Made by a program: the position numbers and the translations under genes
Assembly (NCBI GenBank): GCA_021513715.1
Contig: CP084167.1
Coordinates: 2,368,001-2,432,000 of the forward strand
Length of the DNA stretch: 64,000 nucleotides
Direction: 5' to 3'
Source: Candidatus Heimdallarchaeum endolithica
GTDB lineage: Archaea; Asgardarchaeota; Heimdallarchaeia; Heimdallarchaeales; Heimdallarchaeaceae
Notes under the pieces: generated by a model
Databases searched by the model: none
Seen by the model: only the letters and a program-made list of their open reading frames with translations
Told to the model about the DNA's origin: nothing
Shown here: in pieces, positions 11,701 to 20,700 of the stretch
Numbering within the stretch: position 1 is the first letter of the stretch
How the letters are laid out: the number at the start of each line of letters is the position of its first letter

Positions 11701-14700
11701 TGATTGGTTTAACATAGCAAATGAAATTTATGAGAATGATTTTGCTTTATATAATATAGATTATGCTTTAGATAATAGTTTATACAAAATCCCACAAAGA
11801 ACAATAGGTTTTGGAGTAAATTATCCTTTTGTGGGGATAAGTGACGTGTCTATTACTCCTCTTAACTCTATTCAGACAACTGATCTGGATGAGGATGGAG
11901 AAGAAGATTTTTCTGTTATCAACGGAGAAGTAGCAACGGATGGAGAAAATGTTATAGTTAAACCTGGTAGTGCAATAACTTCTTTAGATTTGTCGAATGA
12001 TTTGGATATTGCTATTAAATATAAAGACATAATATCTTCTTGTAGGGGTTATTATGATAAAACTCTTCTAGACTACTCTTTTGAAGTTGGATTACAAGAT
12101 TTGCATAATCCTAATCTTAAATATTATTTTTATATGAAAAATAGGTACCCGTATAACCAATATTTTGAATATAAAAACTCAGAACAGATTGATAGTATCG
12201 ATCATTTTGGAGGAGACGATTCTTTACCAAGTTTAGATTCAGGAATAACTCAACCACTTATGGGAACATATGTGGGGATAAAAGGTTACGCTCAGAGTTC
12301 GTCAGACTATTCCTTAATTACAGATACACTTTCTTCTACTTTCAAACGTATATTTCAACCCAAGAATTCGATTTTATATGATTATTTAAATATAAAATAT
12401 GATGTTACCACTAAAATATTGACTTTTATACTCTGGTCGGAAAAATACGGTAATAAACAATCCTATGAAATAAGCTATAACCTTTCGGAAACAGGAGAAT
12501 TAGGAACGAATGATTTGACAAATTATACCTTATATTTTAAGACAGAGAACGCTTACTTGTTTATAGATAAGATTTACACTCGAACCTTTATGCCTGTAGA
12601 GGATACTAATTCTGAACGCTATTACAGAGGAGCAGGAAAACTAGGGGATTATTATCTTTACTCTCCTGTTAATCATGGGTTAGAATTACAAAATCAAGTT
12701 AAACTTAGCTATGAAGATTATAATCTTAATTCTTTTCCTTCCACTGAATTTTATTTCATACCTACTTCAGAGTCCAGTTTCTCCTTAGATTTATTTGGAA
12801 TAAAGAGTGATGATACACTCGAGAATTTTCTTAAGTTGGAAATAAATGGAAAAGAGTGTAAACTTTCATTAGATTCTGGAGACTCATGGAATTCTCTCAA
12901 TAATACAGAAATAGAGAATATGTTTGATGTGGTGAATAGTTATACTTGGAACAGTTTATCTATTCATCGTGGGAGTGAAGAAGACCAGCTGATTATAAAT
13001 CTGAATAATCAAGATTATCCATTCGTTTTTTATATTGATACCGAGGAATATTATAAGTACAAGTTCACTTTAACTCATAAGCGTTCAAGAACCGTAATAG
13101 ACAATTTATCTTTCATTTCTCTTTATGAGGAATTTGAAAATGATAGAGAGTTGTTAAATGATGAGTGGGAAAAAGATATTTCTCGAGGATTTTATAGACA
13201 GATACAGGTTACAAAAGTTCAATCCCAACTGATTATTTATGGTGCTGCAATTATAGAAGGGGAAACAGAAGTTGCAGTGACCTTCAACGATGATCCCAGT
13301 ACTACAGTCAGTCAAGTTTGGAAAATGTCTTCAGTAGGTATGAAGATGGACTATTTCTCTTACGTTATACCTTCTTCTGTAGATATGTCTTCACCAGTTA
13401 AAATTTCTCTTTCTGTTAGTAATATGGCTATAATCAACTGGTTAAGTATTGAACCGATGAAAGATGTTGAGTCTATACTTTATCTTTCTAACAATAATAA
13501 GTATATAAACCAAGTCTATAGTCCAATGGAGTATCTTTCTGGTTCAGAACTTGTCGATACTTCCACCTATGAGCAACCTCATGCTCTTGAAGTCGGAGGA
13601 ACAACGCAAGTAAAGTTCAAGTATAATTATTCTCCTGAAGATCTAGATGTCGCTCCTAACGTGGTTTTTGAAGGGTTTATAAAAGGACAAGGTAAAATCT
13701 CTTTCTCTTTTCAAGTTAAACTTCCAGACAAATTAACTAGTTTGAATGTGAATTTCATAGGTTTAGTGGGCGTAGGAGAGAGTACAGAGCAGTATATTGC
13801 TACAATCAGCAGAGAAGAAAAAACGATTACTTATTCCGCTATTCTCAGTTCAGCAGAGGAGCAAGAACAGTGGAAATATTTCTATATTAGCCTTTATCAA
13901 CTTGCAAGACATATTCCTAAAGAATTACTTGTAGATAATTATTCAAATGGAAGTAAAGAGGTGGATCTATTAGATGAAAATTACCCTGTTTCTGGTATAA
14001 TTTCTGATGCAAAAATGGTCGTTAATTATGCGGGCGCATATGTGGAAAAAATTATCCAATTAGAAAAAGGAGCAAGTCAAAATCTATACATTTCTGACTT
14101 GAAATCTACAATTACTAACATTCATAGCGCATATCCTTACGAAAATGCTTTATCTTCTTTGTCCGAGGAAATAAAGTGGAAAAAATATGATGTCCCATTT
14201 GATGGGTATATTCCTCTTGATAATGTCTATCTTGATGATTTTGACGGTAGTTCGTATTATATCTACGATGTAGTGGTTTATGTTGATGCTTCCACTTATT
14301 CTAAAGTACATTTAACAGTTGAAACTGAGGGCTCTTTTGTTCTTTCTAACCGCTACTCTATAATATTACAAAAGATGGGTTTTTCAAACGAAGTTGTTTC
14401 TACAGTCTTTAGCGCACAACAAGGATATACTCCCTTGTATCTTCACGTTGTTTTTCCAAAAACAGCTTTTAATCAGAATATACGCATTCAATACATCTCC
14501 AATGGAGGAGTGGCTATAAGTGCTGAAAACAATAGAGAAGGAGATGCCATATCAGAGTGGTTGATCTCTACTCCTTTCTATTCTGAAAAAAATGAGGACA
14601 CCGTTGATTATCTTAATTTTATTTCACAAGTTACACCTATGGAAGGAGAGCGATTCGAAAAAAGAGTAGTAGATTCAGAAGGATTTACCCACACAGAAAC

Positions 14701-17700
14701 AATAGAATTTTCTGAATTCACTTTTCCTGGATTTTGTCCTATCTTAGACTTTGTTCCTCATGCTGTTCCTTCAGGTTATTCTGTTATTCTCACTACTACG
14801 CTCGATTTCGCCAAAAGTTTGAACACTTCCTTAGTTCTACTCCTAAACAAAGAAAGTGGCATAACAATACAATCCTTACTTTGGGATGAGACTCCACTTC
14901 TTTACATCAATGAAGGAGTATTTAACGAAATTGACTCCGATTTGGAAAATGGTATGATTACTATACCTTTGAATAGTGAAGGGTTAACTGTCAACAGTCT
15001 CTTTTCTCCTAAAGAAAACAACCCTAATGAGTATGGTTTCATAGAAAACGACCCTGATTATAACTTTCATTTTTCATCTTCTGACCCTTATAGTATAAAA
15101 ACATCCTCTGTTAACCCTGATTCTGTTATTTTGAACAACAAAGGCATTCACAGAATAGTTATCCAATTAACCTTTCCTTCTCCTTATAATACAGATTTTG
15201 GAATATATTTGGAAAATGTAGATGATAGCGTGCGAACTGTTTTATCTCCCTCAGATAAAGCAATAGACTTTCATGCAGTAGCACAGAAGAACTTTATTCA
15301 ATTTGAAAACGATCTTCATCAACCTCAAACTCTTGCTCAATTAGAGAAAAACGAGAATACTTTATTTAAATCACGATATTTCAAAGATGACTATGGTCAA
15401 TACCATTCCTATAGAATTTATAGTCTTGGCTTTTCTGATGAATACACTTTAGATAAAGGAAAGAAATGGAAAATATATGATGGTGATACTGATGATTCTA
15501 ACGATGTTATCTATGAAAGTACAACCCACTATAATTGGAAACATGTAATAGGAAAGATGAATTTTGCAATTGTTATAGATGAAGGAACTCCACAAGTTTT
15601 GCAATTACCTTTTAATTTTCTAGTAGGTTATATGGTCTTTTGTGATTGGCTAGATACAAATGGAGATGGATTAGAAGACACATGTGCTCCTTATATAGGT
15701 CTAGCAGACCCCCTGGATGCTAGTTCTACTTACGATGATGTAAAAAAAGGTGTAGTTTATAATACAGAGGAAGAAAAGAAGATAAGTTATGATGTTACTG
15801 ATGAACAACAAGCAGAACTCAAGAATCTTACTGTACACCAATCGTTGGTATCTTCTCTTTCAACTACAGTAATTACAAAAACAGAAGAAGAAATACCCTT
15901 ATCCTACACTTCTGACGAAATAGCTGCTATTCAAAACAATGGATTAACTCTTGATCGTTATCTTCATTCTTTAATAGAAAATGACTATTTGACCTACTCT
16001 AAAGATATTGCAAGAGTAAAAATAACTATTAGTTCTTCAAATAATAAAGCAATAGACCTTGCTTATGATTATGATAAAGAAGTATTGTTCACCCACAGTA
16101 TTGATAATGCTACAGGAGAAGAAGAAAAAATAGTCTATGATTTCAGATATGACTGTTTTTCTGTCCTCACTCCTGATGCTTTTGCTAACGATAACTACAG
16201 AGTAGATTTTTATACTTTTAATAATAAACTAAGTCTCTATAATACAGATTTGTATAAACTTAAAGAGACTCCTAATTCTTACGGATTGTTTGATGACCCA
16301 CAAACTCTTTCACCTATGGTAGTATTAGAAAATTATAACTATGAAATAAAAGAAACTGTTAATAGTCTTGATTCAAAAGATGAAGAAATTTTAAACAATA
16401 CTCCAACAACAATTGTAGACGCTTTTGTTCAAGGATTAACTCTTTCTCAACTAAGTGTGGAAATGTATGATGCAGAAATAGAGATGGATTATTATAGTTT
16501 AGATCTCTTCTACTCTGTTTTCTTTAATGAATATTTGACTCTACAACAGTTCTTCTCTTCTCAAGAAACATTAAATAACAACCAGAAACATCAGTATTAT
16601 CCCACTGGGACAATCCAATTTGCTATATGGATTAGTTCAATACTTAACTCCTATATAATCCACCAATCAGACAAATTATTCGACGAATACCAAAACCGTA
16701 CTTCCCGATATGATTCAGAGAAAAAAGCTATAGCTGCTATGTCCTTTTTGTTAGACCTTATTATACCTTATCGCGGATTCAAAACCTATGGAGCGGAACC
16801 AGAACCAGAAGAGACTCATCACCCACGTTTCTCTAGTTATGTTGATTTCAAATATAGTCTAGTTATGTTTTGGGGATTAATCTTAGGTAATAGTGCAGGA
16901 TGTGGAATACCTAAAAATTCTATCCCTATGTTTCGAGATAGTGAGAGAACTGGAAAACTTTTGATGATTGACGAATTATGGGATAAAGCTATTAAAAACT
17001 GGAACTTGGCAGATAAAAGTAGAATAGATGATCCTAGCGAATATTTACCCTATACTGACCAAGCTGTAGTAGACAAAATACTGTTTGACGCTAGAGTAAG
17101 AGGAGATGAAGCTATGATCGACTGGATAACAAATGAAGATTATAGTGCTGAGGCTTATTACATGCAACCCTATGGAGTAGATTATGCGATTTATTACTGG
17201 TTGAAGGCTTTTACTATTCAACAAGGATATGACCCTTATGCTATCAAAGTTTACACCATTGAAGAGATGAATAGTCAAGAGAGAGAAGATTTTGACGAAA
17301 ATTATTTTGTTATAGGCGTTCCTGTTTCCACAATCGAAGACCGATATTTAGAATATAACTGGTTTGTAAGTCTAGATAAAGAAACACGTGTACCCACTTC
17401 TGCTACATCACAACTAATAGACTTTATCCCTCTTGTATTCGGTCAAAGTTCTAATCCACATGTAAGAACAATGATGAAAATAATTAAAAGATTAGGAAAT
17501 GTAGCAAAAGGAGAAAATTTCGGTTATAACACTTTTAGCATGAGCGAATTTAGCTTAATTGTTACTTTGGAATTTTTAGTGAATCTTATAGATATAGGCG
17601 CTTTACTTATTGATATCAGAGATGCCTATATAGGAGCTACTCCTTTTATACGCAAAATGTCGCTCATGCAAATACCAATGGATATACTAGATCTGTTTAC

Positions 17701-20700
17701 CCCAGGACCTTTTTCTCTCGTAGGAAATACAATGAATAATATTTTCAAATCTATAGTAGGTGACATTCCTACAGGAGTAAAAGGATTAACAAAAACAGCT
17801 AATTTGCTAGATATTATACAAAATTCTGCACAAGGAGAGTGGAAAAGCATTGCTCGCGCAGCAGGAAAATCAGAACTAATGATTTGGATAGTTGAAGCAG
17901 CACAAGTGACTTATCGTTTCTCTACACTAGCTAACCAGTTTTACCAATGGTTCTTCTTCCTCCCGCAAAAGATTTTCATGAGCAGTTTGCAAATAACCTT
18001 AAACTCATTCATGATCTTTGCCTCTAAAATGATTTATACCATCAGAAGAATGGATATAGAAGAAGCTACACTGTTAAACATTAAAGCGCAAGAATACTTC
18101 TACCAAGGACTAGATGATACTGCTAAAATGACAAGAGCTATATTAAGCCATCCAAAAATGCTATCCAGATTTGGGACTGAAGGACTTATAGAACGAGCAA
18201 ATATAGTAGCCAAATATTACATGAACATTATAATAAAGAAAGTAATGGAGTTGGAAGCAACATCAAAAGCAATACTAGAATCGGTTGAAAAGTCACGCTT
18301 CTATGTTATGATGGCCTTAAGATATGCTACACATATGTACATGAACACCCCAGGAGGAGTAGGTATACACTTCTCCCCCAATTTAATTGATAATGATAAA
18401 GAAACTGAAGGAAGATATTTTTCCACCGTGGATAACACTACAATTCGTCATGACATTAGTAACTCTTTGGATATATACCGATTTAACTATATAGCCGATA
18501 GTAAAACTAGACTCAACTTTGAGAAAGCTAAGTTTACAATAAGTGATTTAGAAGCTGCCAAAATAAAACTAGCCATATCTTTTTCCTCGCTTTCAGCAAT
18601 ACATTCGACACCTGAAACATTTCAAGCATATAAGGAAACGTTAGAATATATCGATGAAAGGTTGAAACAAATAACAAATGAAGAAGGTGAAAATCTAGAG
18701 TATACACCTATATGGTGGATTTTACATGTACCGGTTAATGCAGATATGAACAAGTACTCACTTAGACCTATATTTGATGAAAATCCGGCAGTTTCTTTTG
18801 TTCTCAGAATATTTATGTTAGAGAAAGCTCTAAATGAAAACTTGGAAAAGTCAATGGCTGAAGGAGAAATAAATTTTGGAGATTATGATGTTCGAACAGA
18901 ATATGAAAAAGAAATTCGTTCTAGTCTGGATAAAATATTAAGTTCTGCGCCTGTAGGTTTAAGCCATAGAGGCTTTGAACTAGTGGAGGACATAGATAGA
19001 AAATACGTGTGGAGAGCAAGAATTTTAGAACTATTTGGACAAACTCAAGGTTCACTGTGTAAACTAAAAACAAGAGATGAATTTGGTGATTGGGTAAGGT
19101 ATGGACGAACGGGAACAGATTTATTAGGTCTATTTGGATATGAAGAGTATAAACAATGTAAAAAAACAATAAGACGTATTCTATCTGCTCGTAGCCAAGA
19201 TGCTGTCTCTTTTATCTATTACTTTATGTCTTTAGGATTATTTGGATTTCGGTTCTATTCTGATGATGAAAGTGTGATGGCTCAATTAAGAAAAGATTTT
19301 CCAGACCATGATTTTGATACAGAACCGAGTATTAGTTTTACTAAGTTAGCAACTAAATATGGTGTGTCTGATTTTCAAGGATTAATGCCATCGAAAGAAT
19401 TTATAGTGCAAGCTCTTACACATTTAGGCTTAAAAGGTTTGGCGATTGATACAAAGATTACAAATTCTCTTTACTCTGTTACAGATTCAATGGGAATATT
19501 CAATAAAGCTATTGCAAAGAATATTTTGACCTCTGTAGCAGCAGAAAATGCATATATTGGACATGGGAGTGTAATTTACTATAAGGATAAAACGCAAGGA
19601 GAAATTATAAAAGATTTTGATAAAAACTCAGTATATTTTGCAAGGTATGTAGACGGAAAAGATACGAAACCTCCTATGGCATTTATTCCTGGTGACGCAA
19701 TACTGTTATATGACACAAACGAAGACCGTTATCTGTTTTTACGGAATAATTATCCAGAGCGGTTTTTTTATGAAGGTTTTACATTCCAAAAAACAGAATT
19801 CCTTGTATATTGGTTTCGAATAAACGAGGTCACAGGTAAAGGAGAGGTAGTTTATGATATATTGGATCACTATTGTAAAGATGAAGAAGGAAAACTAAAA
19901 GAAGGAATAACAATTGTAGGAACGGAAGATGTTCTTACAGATATGAATAAGTTTTATCCCAAAAGAAATAAAATAAGAAGCAGTCAACCCATAATATCAA
20001 TTGAAGTAAAACAAAATGGTGAAAACACAGATTACGTTGTCTCAATGGATGAAAAACTACCCTTGTTTAAGTTTGTAGGAGGAGATTACGCTACTCCAAC
20101 AGAAAAAGATATCAACTTTGCAAGTTTCCTTTATCCAAGCAAATATTCAGGAAATATTGTTTTTGGTTTATTAGATGATAACTTAGAGTTTATAGATGAA
20201 AAAGGCTTATGGCCTGTTTATATGGGGTTAAGTCCCTCAAGATACACATATAATGTAAAAGGAATAAATCTAGAAAACGTTAATTCAGCAAAAGAGTTAT
20301 TAGATAAATTAGATAAAAAAGAAAACTTACCAGAGGTAGAAGTAGCTACAAATACAAATAAATTGATAACTCGTCCCGCAACAGTTCAGGAAGTAAACCA
20401 ACAAAGAGTATACGAATTAATTAGATGGTACACAACGAATCAAGTTTATACTTATTATGTATCTACTTTAAAAAAAGAAAATAAAGCATTTTTATGTAGA
20501 GCCTATCTAGATGATTGGAACGCGGTTAAGTCATTAGGTGAAATCATAGAAATAATTGAAGATTCAGAAGGATATCTATATCAAAAATATGGATACAAGA
20601 ATAAACAAGAATATCTAAACTTTAGAATAAACATGATTCAAACAATAATAAATGAACAAGAACAATTCTATAAATACAAATTTAAAGACGATAACCTTTC